From contig DATEUD010000049.1 of NCBI GenBank assembly GCA_035283265.1, positions 1 through 60,778 of the forward strand: a stretch of DNA of 60,778 nt, read 5' to 3'. The notes below the pieces were generated by a model, which saw only the letters and a program-made list of their open reading frames with translations, was not told the origin of the DNA and made no database searches. Below, one piece after another: positions 50,101-59,672 of this stretch (its first letter is position 1; every line of letters begins with the position of its first letter). Both the position numbers and the translations under genes were made by a program. The DNA is from Nitrososphaera sp. GTDB lineage: Archaea > Thermoproteota > Nitrososphaeria > Nitrososphaerales > Nitrososphaeraceae.

Positions 50101-50377
50101 CATTCAAGTTACAGTATTTGTAAAGAGTGCCAGCGGGAGCGCGGTAGCAAGCAAGCTTGCCGGCTATTTTGTAATAAAGGGCCAGGAATTCAGGTTCACT
50201 GCAATCGCGTTTGGCAGAATCGGCGGCCACAACGCGAGCGTCAAGATCGCCAAGACCACCTCGGATAAAATAGCAAAGATGGGCATCGACACTGAACAGT
50301 TGCTATTAACAATACAGCGCAAGCTGATCGAAGGCGACATTATTCTGCCTGAAGGGATCGGGCCGCCGTCAGAGTAG
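50078..50377 (+). CDS. Hypothetical protein
   Basis: Operonic position; AIAFGRIGGHN motif. Confidence 0.7.
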   Translation: MMRKDDDDIQVTVFVKSASGSAVASKLAGYFVIKGQEFRFTAIAFGRIGGHNASVKIAKTTSDKIAKMGIDTEQLLLTIQRKLIEGDIILPEGIGPPSE

Positions 50378-51166
50378 CGCGCCTTCAAGCGCGCTCCCGC
50401 AGGCGCATTTCTTTCTTGCAGCGGGGATCGCAGGCACCAATTCTGCGATTAGCTTTTTCGTCTTTTCCACGTTCTTGGCAAGGGTCTCAATAATCTCAGC
50501 AGAGCTGACCGGCTTGTCGGCCCACACGTCGTAGTCAGTCACCGTCGCGACCGACATGTAGCAGATTTCAGACTCCCTTGCAAGCGCAACTTCGGGCACG
50601 AGCGTCATGCCGATAATGTCTGCCTTCATTACGTCGCGGAAGAATTTCGACTCCGCCCTTGTAGAAAAGCGCGGCCCTTCGATGCAGACGTAAGTCGCCT
50701 TGTTGCGCATTGTAAATTTCAACTTTCTTATCCTGTCGATTGCAATGCTGCGGAGCTCTGGGCAGAATGGGTCTGCGACAGAAACGTGGCACACCTGTCC
50801 CCCGTCGTAGTACGTGTACTGCCTTTTCTTTGTAAAGTCGATAAATTGATCAGGAATGGCAATGTCGCCGGGCTTGTAGCGCTCCCGCAGGCTGCCGACT
50901 GCGGACGGCGCGATAATGCGCTTGACCCCGAGCTGCTTGAGAGCCCAGATGTTGGCCCTACTGTTTATGCTGTGGGGCGGTATCCTGTGGTCCCTGCCGT
51001 GGCGCGGGATGAACGCGACCTTGCCACCTGAATATTCGCCTATCGTAACAAGATCGGAAGGCTCGCCGTAGGGCGTGTGCACCTTGATCTCGCGCTTGCT
51101 GGTGAAAAGTCCCGGGTCGTATACGCCGGTGCCGCCAATGATGCCAATGTCCGCGCTATTCAGCAT
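50369..51166 (-). CDS. mtnP: 5'-methylthioadenosine phosphorylase
   Basis: IGIIGGTG, TPYG.PS, PRHG, EGPRFSTRAES, TDYD. Confidence 0.95.
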   Translation of the reverse strand: MLNSADIGIIGGTGVYDPGLFTSKREIKVHTPYGEPSDLVTIGEYSGGKVAFIPRHGRDHRIPPHSINSRANIWALKQLGVKRIIAPSAVGSLRERYKPGDIAIPDQFIDFTKKRQYTYYDGGQVCHVSVADPFCPELRSIAIDRIRKLKFTMRNKATYVCIEGPRFSTRAESKFFRDVMKADIIGMTLVPEVALARESEICYMSVATVTDYDVWADKPVSSAEIIETLAKNVEKTKKLIAELVPAIPAARKKCACGSALEGALL

Positions 51167-51704
51167 GGTATGTCACCAGCGACTGGACCTTGTAGCCCAT
51201 CTTGCGCAGCCTGTCTGCGCCGCGCATATCTGACAATTCTATAATGAACGCAAAGCCGGCCACCTTGCCACCTGTTTCCTCTATCAATTGCGCTGCAGCG
51301 ACGGCAGTCCCACCAGTTGCTATCAGGTCGTCTGCGATCAAAATATTCTCGCCCTTTCTTATCGCGCTTTGCTGGAGCTCCATTATCGCGCTACCATACT
51401 CAATGTCATAAGACTTTTTCAGGGTCTTGCCCGGCAATTTGCCTGCCTTGCGGACCATCACCACGCCCTTGCCGAACTTTAGCGCGAGCGCGGTTGCTAT
51501 GACAAAGCCCCTTGACTCAATGCCGGCCACCGCGTCCACCTTTGCAGTGCTGTAGATGCGATAGAACTCGTCGGCAATGTGGTTGAGGGCGTCGTTTCTC
51601 TTGAAGACCGGGTTGATGTCCCGGAACAGGATGCCAGGCTTTGGGAAATCAGGATAACTTTCTATTACGTGGCGCAGGTCGAACTGCTTGGCTTTTGCTC
51701 CCAC
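51156..51704 (-). CDS. apt: Adenine phosphoribosyltransferase
   Basis: DFPKPGILFRD, ESRGF, RKAGKLPG, DDLIATGGT. Confidence 0.95.
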   Translation of the reverse strand: MGAKAKQFDLRHVIESYPDFPKPGILFRDINPVFKRNDALNHIADEFYRIYSTAKVDAVAGIESRGFVIATALALKFGKGVVMVRKAGKLPGKTLKKSYDIEYGSAIMELQQSAIRKGENILIADDLIATGGTAVAAAQLIEETGGKVAGFAFIIELSDMRGADRLRKMGYKVQSLVTYHAE

Positions 51705-51776
51705 GACAGTAAAGCCATATTCTGGCTGTAAAAAAGATTGCGAAGCTACATCTTTATACAGTCGTGCCGCGAAATA

Positions 51777-52286
51777 ATGGCAGTGCAGACAGAGCAGCAG
51801 TTGCAATTCCGCGAAAGGATAGCCAACCTGAAGGACTTTAACGGGGCGTTTGAGCTGGTCAAGTCAGCTATCCTGCAAAAGTTCAGGATGCACAGGGCGG
51901 GGCTGAGTCTGATACTACAAATGATGCCAAGCAACCTTGGCGCCTACCATATGCTGGGCTCCAACGCGATAGTGATGAACAGCTACCTTTTGGCAGCTGT
52001 TCGGAAAATTGCCGGCTCGACCGAAGAGTACAACTCGTATATTTTCATGGTGCTTGCCCACGAATACCTACACAGCCTCGGCATCGTCGACGAAAACACG
52101 GTGCGTCAGATGACCTTTGAGCTTTGCAAGTGGATGCTGGGCGACGATCATACAGCTACCAGGATGGCAAAGGAAGATCCCTCCACGATATACCCGGAAT
52201 TGAGATCAATGATGCACTCGCAGTTCAGCAGGGACTTCCAGGTCGTCAGGAACTTTGACAAGAGTAACCAGACATATATACAGTAA
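51777..52286 (+). CDS. Hypothetical protein with HExxH zincin-like motif
   Basis: VLAHEYLHSLG..DE. Confidence 0.75.
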   Translation: MAVQTEQQLQFRERIANLKDFNGAFELVKSAILQKFRMHRAGLSLILQMMPSNLGAYHMLGSNAIVMNSYLLAAVRKIAGSTEEYNSYIFMVLAHEYLHSLGIVDENTVRQMTFELCKWMLGDDHTATRMAKEDPSTIYPELRSMMHSQFSRDFQVVRNFDKSNQTYIQ

Positions 52287-52393
52287 TTGCCTTGTGCAAA
52301 TTGTGCAAAAACTACAAGAAATGATGCTACTTTTTTGCTAATTCACAGCTGAGAAAATATAAATAACATTCGAGTGCTAATACTTTCACACAC

Positions 52394-53920
52394 ATGCCGA
52401 TAAAGAACGGGGCAGAGTATATCCAGAGCCTCAGGGGCAGGAAGCTCAAAATCTACCTTTTTGGTGAGCTCGTAAAAGAGCCAGTCGACCATCCAATGAT
52501 CCGGCCGTCGATAAACGCGGTCGCAGAGACCTACGATCTAGCCGTCGAAGAGCCCACGCTTGCGTCGGCAAAGTCTTCGCTGACAGGCATCCAGGTCAAT
52601 AGGTTTCTACACATCGTTGAAAGCGCGCAGGACCTAGTGGACCAGAACAGGATGCAGAGGAAGCTTGGGCAGCTCACCGGCACTTGCTTCCAACGCTGCG
52701 TAGGAATGGACGCGCTCAACTCGTTATATTCAACGACTTTTGAAGTGGACGGCAAGCATGGCACCCAGTACCACAAGCGCCTTATAGAATTCATCAAGAC
52801 GATGCAGCGCGACAACCTGATCATTGGCGGCGCCATGACGGACGTCAAGGGCGACCGCAGCCTGTCCCCGTCACAGCAGGAGGACCCGGACATGTTTGTT
52901 CACATTACAAAGCGCGACAGCAAGGGCGTTTACATCACCGGAGCAAAGGGCCACCAGACGGGGTGCATCAACTCGCACTGGATACTCGTCATGCCTACAA
53001 TGAGGCTCAAGGCGGAGGACAAGGACTATGCCATAGTGGGCGCAGTCCCGGTGGACGCGCCCGGCATCACCTACATTTACGGCAGGCAGTCGTGTGACAC
53101 AAGGAGCATGGAGGGGGGCGAAATTGACGCCGGCAACGCGATGTATTCCGGACAGGAGGCTATGATAATCTTCAAGGATGTGTTCATCCCAAACGAGCTG
53201 ATCTTCATGAACGGTGAGCACGAATATGCCGCAATGCTGGTTGAGCGCTTTACCTGCTATCACAGGCGCAGCTACGTCTGCAAGACCGGTCTTGGCGACG
53301 CCCTGATAGGCGCGGCTGCAGCGATCGCCGACTACAACGGCGTTGCAAACGCATCACACATCAAGGACAAGCTGGTCGAAATGACGCACCTCAACGAGAC
53401 GATATTTGCGGCAGGAATCGCCTCTTCGTACCGGTCCCACCAGACGGCGTCTGGCAACTGGCAGAACGACGACATGCTGGCAAACGTCTGCAAGCACAAC
53501 GTCACAAGGTTCCCATACGAAATCGGCAGGCTTGCGCAGGATATCGCCGGCGGCCTTATGGTCACAATGCCTTCAGAGAAGGACTTTAGAAGCCCGGAGG
53601 TCGGCCCGCTGCTTGAAAAATACCTGAAGGGCAGGAAGGGCGTGTCGACGGAAAACAGGATGAGAGTACTCAGGCTGATTGAAAACATGACCCTTGGCAG
53701 AAACGCTGTCGGCTACCTGACAGAGTCAATGCACGGCGCAGGATCGCCGCAGGCGCAGAGGATCCAGATCGCGCGCCAGATGCAGTTGGAATACAAGAAA
53801 AAGATCGCCAAGAGGCTTGCAAAAGTCAAGGAAGGCGAAGCTACAGAGAGCGTGCCAGAGTCGTCAGAATATTTTGACAAGATATTTGGCTCAAAGGAAA
53901 TCAAGAAGAAAGCCAAATAA
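52394..53920 (+). CDS. abfD: 4-hydroxybutyryl-CoA dehydratase (HP/HB carbon-fixation cycle)
   Basis: CFQRCVGMD, YHRRSYVCK, ESMHGAGSPQAQR. Confidence 0.95.
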   Translation: MPIKNGAEYIQSLRGRKLKIYLFGELVKEPVDHPMIRPSINAVAETYDLAVEEPTLASAKSSLTGIQVNRFLHIVESAQDLVDQNRMQRKLGQLTGTCFQRCVGMDALNSLYSTTFEVDGKHGTQYHKRLIEFIKTMQRDNLIIGGAMTDVKGDRSLSPSQQEDPDMFVHITKRDSKGVYITGAKGHQTGCINSHWILVMPTMRLKAEDKDYAIVGAVPVDAPGITYIYGRQSCDTRSMEGGEIDAGNAMYSGQEAMIIFKDVFIPNELIFMNGEHEYAAMLVERFTCYHRRSYVCKTGLGDALIGAAAAIADYNGVANASHIKDKLVEMTHLNETIFAAGIASSYRSHQTASGNWQNDDMLANVCKHNVTRFPYEIGRLAQDIAGGLMVTMPSEKDFRSPEVGPLLEKYLKGRKGVSTENRMRVLRLIENMTLGRNAVGYLTESMHGAGSPQAQRIQIARQMQLEYKKKIAKRLAKVKEGEATESVPESSEYFDKIFGSKEIKKKAK

Positions 53921-54050
53921 TCATCAGCTCTAGTAACCTTAGTAATAGACTGCAATCATTTTTCTCTCGCTGTTTTTATCGAAAGTCGGCCCAAACAGAC
54001 CTTATGTCTTAATCTTGAGAGATACCGGTTTACTTGTAGCAAGATAATTA

Positions 54051-54960
54051 CTAGTAGTCATCTCATAAACACCTCCTAAGCAGAATCACTATACATCCAA
54101 GCTGAACAAAGCCCAGAAAGTTATCCGCATGGTACTCATAGCGTACCAGAATGCGACGGAAATTCTGCAACCAGGCAAACAACCTTTCTACCTTCCAGCG
54201 ACGCAAGTAGCGACGAAACGCGCGTCCGTCCTGCGTCCTGGGCCTCTTTCGCCAGCCCAATCTGTGTGGTGCTATCAATTCAACACCATAATTGACAGCC
54301 AGCCGCGCATCAAGTGGGTCGCTGTCGTACGCCTTGTCTCCAATCAGGCGTTCTGGTTTTTCATCAGTGACAAAACATGTGGAGAGAGTCGGTTCAACAA
54401 GGGTGACCTCGTGCGGCAAAGCAGACGCAATGTGTACGGGTATGGAGACAGGAAGGCCAGAACCGTCTGATATTGCCATGATCTTCGTACCCTTGCCCCG
54501 CTTGGTCGCTCCAACCTCATTCCCCCTCTTTTCGCTACCACAAACGTACCGTCAATGAAGCATTCTGAGAGGTCCAGCCCGCCACGCTGCGCAAGTCAGT
54601 GGCCAGTGCTTGAAGAACCCGTTCAAAGAGGCGAGCGCATTCATTGTTGAAACCTCCGATGACAGGTCTGGTATGGTGGATAGCGCTCTGGCATGTCATG
54701 CCATGGTGCACCCGTACGGAGAATCCATAGAATGCTATTCATCACATCACGAGCATCCCTCCAGGGCCTGCCTTTGCCGTCAGGACGCCGGGATGGGTTG
54801 GGGATATATGGCTGGATGGCTGACCATTGTTCGTCTGTCAAATCCATGGTTGTACTCTGAATCTATCATCAGAAAGCTTCTCACAATGAAATATGTCGAC
54901 TAGAAGGTGAATAATGGCTGATTACAGTCAGTGCTGTACCATTTATGAGATGACTTCTAG
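54051..54960 (-). mobile_element. IS5-family insertion sequence (two-ORF type), decayed
   Basis: Ends CTAG(T/A)AGTCATCTCATAAA on both sides; orfA LTDEQW...LRTGAPW; orf[19 protein letters not shown]. Confidence 0.9.
54063..54847 (-). pseudogene. IS5-family transposase pseudogene
   Basis: TGA in place of the conserved Trp after RFQQ, extra frameshifts, degenerate slippery site AAAAGAGGGGG. Confidence 0.85.
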
Positions 54961-55022
54961 TCATTTTCTCAGCGTAAAATGCAAGGTGGGTTGATATCCC
55001 ATATGCCAATCCTATTTTCGAT

Positions 55023-55190
55023 TTACCCTGTATTTTCTGATTTGCTCTTACGGAGCCTAAAATATTCTATAACATGCGATGCAGTTACAACATACCTATG
55101 GGAGCGTAAAAGAAAGGCATTACCTGCAAGTATTCTTGGGTTGCTTTTACCCTTATTTACAGGTCCAATAGGAACGGTAGAATTTTTCAC
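55023..55190 (-). pseudogene. N-terminal remnant of a trypsin-like serine protease
   Basis: AGNAFLL...YVVTASHVI then premature TAA. Confidence 0.55.
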
Positions 55191-55395
55191 TCTGGCTAGT
55201 TCTGCTTTATCCCTAAATGTATTGAGCTTATTGTGATTCTAATGACTTGTTTATAGCGTCAATAGCTTGAACTTGAGGTTCCCTGCAATTTTGGTCTAAT
55301 ATCGCTAGCGATTTCCAGCTATTGCATTGCACATCGAAAAGGGTTATTTATCGGTTCAGCGATAGTTAAGATGATTTACTTCGGGGTTATGTTGA

Positions 55396-55800
55396 TTGAA
55401 ATTAAACGAGGCTCAAATTGAAGATCTTACCGGGAAAGTTTTTCGCACTATCATCAGCAACGGCAAGGACGGCATACTGCAGTCAGCGCTGTGGAAGGAG
55501 CTTGACCTGACAAGCCGCGACGGTTCTCGCGTGGCCATCCGCCTTGAAAGGCGCTCACTTATCCGGCGCGAAAAGATGCTGGAAAACGGCCGGTGGACCT
55601 ACAAGCTTTTTGCCTGCAAACTTCCTGTTGACACCTCAAGCATCGAACAGGCACCATGTTTGACATGTCCTGTCGAGCACATGTGTTCTCTTGACGGCTC
55701 GTACAGCCCGACGAGCTGCAATTTAATTGAAGACTGGCTCATCAATTCTTTTAACAGCAACGCAAACCAGAAGCCACAAAAACCTTCTACCAAAAAATGA
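55396..55800 (+). CDS. Archaeal Rpc34-like protein (TFE beta): wHTH plus Cys-rich Fe-S tail
   Basis: GILQSALWKEL...R, TYKL, PCLTCP..HMC...SPTSC..I.DW. Confidence 0.82.
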   Translation: MKLNEAQIEDLTGKVFRTIISNGKDGILQSALWKELDLTSRDGSRVAIRLERRSLIRREKMLENGRWTYKLFACKLPVDTSSIEQAPCLTCPVEHMCSLDGSYSPTSCNLIEDWLINSFNSNANQKPQKPSTKK

Positions 55801-56390
55801 GGCTTGCTGACGCGCGCAAAGACCAGTACCGTCGGCTGGCGAAAGACCAGGGGTACCGCGCAAGGTCCGCATACAAATTATTGCAGCTGAACAGCTCTTA
55901 CCGGATTCTCAAAAAGGGCAACAAAGTGGTTGATCTCGGATGCGCCCCGGGTGGCTGGCTGCAGGTAGCAGCAAAGGAAGTGGGGCCAGCAGGCAAAGTC
56001 ATCGGCATAGACATAAAGCCAGTCGAGCCAGTTGCCGGCGCGATTGTGCTGCCGGGCAGCATTGAGGACTCGAGGATGCTGGCAAAGATCACCGATATTC
56101 TGGGCGGTAAGGCCGACGCCGTCCTCTCAGACTTGGCGCCAAATGTGAGCGGCGTGTGGGACATTGACCACGCGCGGCAGATTTCGCTTTCGACGGTTGC
56201 GCTCGGCTTTGCCCGGCACGTCCTGAGAGAAGACGCAATCGCCGTGTTCAAGGTGTTCGAGGGCGACATGCTGAATGAATTCAGGGCAGAATTGAAGATG
56301 AGTTTTGGCAGAGTGTTCCTCAGTAAGCCCTCGGCAAGCAGGCAACAGAGCAGCGAGCTTTACATCGTCTGCCTCGACTTTAAATCCTGA
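55797..56390 (+). CDS. rlmE: 23S rRNA Um2552 methyltransferase (RlmE/FtsJ)
   Basis: YRARSAYKL, DLGCAPGGW, SDLAPN, KP.ASR..SSE. Confidence 0.95.
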   Translation: MRLADARKDQYRRLAKDQGYRARSAYKLLQLNSSYRILKKGNKVVDLGCAPGGWLQVAAKEVGPAGKVIGIDIKPVEPVAGAIVLPGSIEDSRMLAKITDILGGKADAVLSDLAPNVSGVWDIDHARQISLSTVALGFARHVLREDAIAVFKVFEGDMLNEFRAELKMSFGRVFLSKPSASRQQSSELYIVCLDFKS

Positions 56391-56482
56391 CAATCTCAAT
56401 GTGTACACTGGTTTCAGGAGATTTTTTCAATAAACCATATAACCCTCGATTAAAGTTGATTAAATCAAAAAACCGACCGTAG

Positions 56483-56660
56483 AAGCAGGTTTTCAAACCC
56501 ATATTCAGGAACGAGGAAGAAATTGCGTCAAAGTTAAAGGAAATAGAGCCAATACGGAATGCTGTTGCGCATCACAAGCAGATAACAAAAAGAGCAGTTC
56601 AAGAGGCTGAAGCTTCATGCCAACAGTATACTTCGTAGTATGAACAAGGCTGAAATCTGA
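56483..56660 (+). pseudogene. Remnant of a Swt1-like HEPN domain protein
   Basis: VFKPIFRNEEEIASKLKEIEPIRNAVAH (RxxxxH), then frameshift. Confidence 0.6.
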
Positions 56661-56714
56661 CTACAAGTTACGCCATTGATTGATAAAAGCTGGTGCTTCG
56701 TATCCATTCAGGCT

Positions 56715-56915
56715 ATGACCTTTCGTGTTTACTTTGATAGAAGCGGTGCGCCCAAATCCAGATACGGCTACTTTGTCGACGAAACATTGGAAACCGCTGT
56801 CCTCCAACTTGAAGGCATGACGAATAACGGAGCTGAATATCATGGGATAATCCACGCGCTGAAAAACGCCAAAAAATACCAATTTTGAGGAAAAATATCA
56901 TCTTGTATGATGTTC
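56715..56915 (+). pseudogene. Truncated ribonuclease HI-like gene
   Basis: VYFDRSG...YGYF...TNNGAEYHGIIHAL; frameshift and truncation. Confidence 0.7.
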
Positions 56916-56975
56916 TAGATAGAAAACTGGACATGAACTCTATATATATGGGTTGCAATAGCTCGGTGCCTCGCA

Positions 56976-57353
56976 ATGGAACCCACGGACCCTAAAAATA
57001 TGACATTCAACCAATTGTTGTATGAAGCCACAATGGAAGTGTTTGAAGGATTGGGAGAAGAAACCATGCAGGCTCTAGTGTGGCAAATGGGAACCAAAGG
57101 CGTCCGCTTTGCGCCTGATTCCTTTGACATTAAGGTTTTTGCGGTCGAACTGCGGGAGCTATTGGGTGATGGAGCAGATTCCTTGTTTGAAGAAATCTAC
57201 CAAAACGTTATCTGCCGGCTGGAGCTATTTCTTACTTCTATAGATGATTCCAGTAACGAATTCGTTAACAAAGGAATGAGACTAGCCGCTCTGCAAGAAC
57301 TCCAGACATTGTTCGGAGGAGTACGGGATGGTTATGAAGACGAAACTCGGTAA
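56976..57353 (+). CDS. DUF3227-like small helical protein
   Basis: LGE....ALVW.M...F...LRELLGDGA..L...I pattern. Confidence 0.55.
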   Translation: MEPTDPKNMTFNQLLYEATMEVFEGLGEETMQALVWQMGTKGVRFAPDSFDIKVFAVELRELLGDGADSLFEEIYQNVICRLELFLTSIDDSSNEFVNKGMRLAALQELQTLFGGVRDGYEDETR

Positions 57354-57371
57354 GCACGTCGAAACGGATAT

Positions 57372-58319
57372 TTGCTGCTACTCTATACATGGGATGATGA
57401 AGTAGAAATGGCTAGGGTAGCGCGTTCTTTGAATTCAATGACTCCAGACCACGTTAAGAAGGAGATGTCAACGATGTTGTTGGGATCCGTTTTCGCAATG
57501 AATCTATTCGTCATGCTCGTGCCTGAAAATAATAGGAACGATGTGTCCGGCTGGCTTGTAATCGTCTGTTCAGCTGCCGTCGTCGCAATTTCTGCAGCGA
57601 TTCTGTACAGACAGAGGTTTAAAGGGCTGTTTGGTCGTGCATATGGTTCCATGGCAATAGGTCTGATGCTATGGTTTGTTGCAGAAATGACAAGTGTTGC
57701 CTACCGAACTTTTGTTTTCACAGCACAAACAGCGACGATGTTATCTTATCCAATGTCTATGACGACAGACGTATTCTGGCTAGCAGGGTACGGATTCTTT
57801 GCTTACTTTCTGTTTCAGATAATGTTTCACTTTATCAACTCCATCAAACCACGAATTCTCATCATAGTCACAGCAGCCACCGCGTTCATCGTTTTGATTC
57901 TTGCGCAATCAATTTCATACTTCTATTATGATCTACAGGCTGCTCCAACTTTTCCACGTGTTGTTGCTTCTACGATGCTTCTTGGAAATGATGGTATCTC
58001 TCGATTTATCAAAATAGAGCAGCCAATCCTTGATATGATCTTGATTTTACCATCCATGGTGATCTTATCAGCATTCAAGGACGGAAAAATAACGGCCACA
58101 CCATGGCTACTATTGTCTTGTGCGGTACTGATCTTGGCGGTGCAAGACATTGGGAACATCTATTTTTCGGTTCTGTATGACATTCACAATCACTGGGTGT
58201 GGAAAATGTTTGCAACTGCAGGATATCTATGTATAGCAGCCTCTTTGTTTTGGTACAATAGGTTTTTCATTTTTGATTCAAAAAGAGCTTTGAGGTTATG
58301 GCAGGAAGGCAACCGATAA
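57372..58319 (+). CDS. Multi-pass membrane protein (stand-alone sensor-like domain)
   Basis: About 8 TMs; GL.LWFVAE, TDVFWLAGY, PILD, W.LL motifs. Confidence 0.7.
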   Translation: MLLLYTWDDEVEMARVARSLNSMTPDHVKKEMSTMLLGSVFAMNLFVMLVPENNRNDVSGWLVIVCSAAVVAISAAILYRQRFKGLFGRAYGSMAIGLMLWFVAEMTSVAYRTFVFTAQTATMLSYPMSMTTDVFWLAGYGFFAYFLFQIMFHFINSIKPRILIIVTAATAFIVLILAQSISYFYYDLQAAPTFPRVVASTMLLGNDGISRFIKIEQPILDMILILPSMVILSAFKDGKITATPWLLLSCAVLILAVQDIGNIYFSVLYDIHNHWVWKMFATAGYLCIAASLFWYNRFFIFDSKRALRLWQEGNR

Positions 58320-58656
58320 AAGAATAACCAAGACCCTGACTGCGTCAGATTATGCAAAAAGCCAACTGTTGCTACTTTTCAACTAGGGTCCAAGTTCAAG
58401 TACATGATAGAACCTCAACGTCGTACATTACGCTGATCAAGTCATAGAATATTTAGCGATGCGCTCTGTCAACTTTCCTCTACAGTTTGTCAATCACATA
58501 ATGGGCTATCCTAACCTTAGGATTGGGCTTTGCGCTTGCTAACTCTTAAGTGTCACTGATAAGAAACGTGCATATTCATCGTTAACGCTGTCGTTATTCA
58601 CATATTATTAGGGTAATGATTCCAGTCTTGCTTTTATAGGAGTTTATTATAGGAAC

Positions 58657-59391
58657 ATGTCTATGACGCGGGACGATGTCGGTTACAATATGAATGGAGC
58701 AAGTAAAATGGTCGAAGGTAAAGTTTCTCGCGCGGAATTACTACAGGAATTGTTCTCAATGGGTGTCGAGACGGAGCTATTGGAGCACTTTAGTTTGGAG
58801 CAGCTGCAGAATCTTGCAAGCAGGACAAAGAGGCTGGATAGGACATTTGACGATGAGGTAGAATCTTTAGCAACAGGAAGGAACGCTCGTTCATCAGGGG
58901 ATTTTGATTCTGGAAGTTTTCCCCTGACAGTACTCGACAAGAAGATCCTCCAATCACTCTTGGCATCAGGCGGTAGGGTATCCTCACTTGCCATATCAAG
59001 AAAGCTGGAAATTCCACTGACTGCTGTCCTGAGAAGGAGAAAGAGGCTGGAAAGCGAGTTTTTGGACTTGGCCTACTCCCTAAAGATCAGCAACCTAGGA
59101 TGGAGAAAGGCGGATTTGTTGATATCAACATCAAAGAGAGATGCATATTCTATTGGAAAAGAGCTGCTAACACACAACTCTATCACCCTTGTAAGCAGGT
59201 CTATAGGTGTGCACACCATACATTTGCATGCAAATATAATATTTAGAAACAATATTGAGCTTCTCAACCTAATTGAGTGGATAAAATCCGTAGATGGCGT
59301 AAAAGACGTGGTATGGACAGAGCCGTTAGAGCTTGTGGGGACGAACATAGCTCGGCCATTGCAGATCATTGCTCAATACGAGATAAGTTAG
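58657..59391 (+). CDS. Lrp/AsnC-family transcriptional regulator with N-terminal extension
   Basis: LDKKIL..L...G.VS...ISRKL.IP.T.V.RRRKRLE, LGW, RAM domain DGVKDVVW. Confidence 0.82.
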   Translation: MSMTRDDVGYNMNGASKMVEGKVSRAELLQELFSMGVETELLEHFSLEQLQNLASRTKRLDRTFDDEVESLATGRNARSSGDFDSGSFPLTVLDKKILQSLLASGGRVSSLAISRKLEIPLTAVLRRRKRLESEFLDLAYSLKISNLGWRKADLLISTSKRDAYSIGKELLTHNSITLVSRSIGVHTIHLHANIIFRNNIELLNLIEWIKSVDGVKDVVWTEPLELVGTNIARPLQIIAQYEIS

Positions 59392-59672
59392 CGTATACTT
59401 GCCACACTGAAAAAGCTCTTACAATGACGATGCAGCGAGCAAATTTGCTTCCTCATTCTTCTTCACTCACATGTGATTCTGCAATTGGGGGCTGAAAAAA
59501 GTACCGGTAGCGATACTGGCCGAAAAGCGATCCCAGTGAGATATTTAGGTCCCACGTTACAAATATGTAAGCAGGATTTGCTTTAATTTTTCAAATACAT
59601 TAATTCCGCTTATTAAAACGTGGATTAAATTAATTAACCCGTAAACTATTCTATATAGTACTGACAGCGAAA

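Noticed and set aside
22336-53955. Many long antisense or alternate-frame ORFs (e.g. 26462..27478, 29656..30324, 31915..32640, 48418..49074)
   Set aside because: Shadow ORFs of GC3-rich genuine genes, with no motifs
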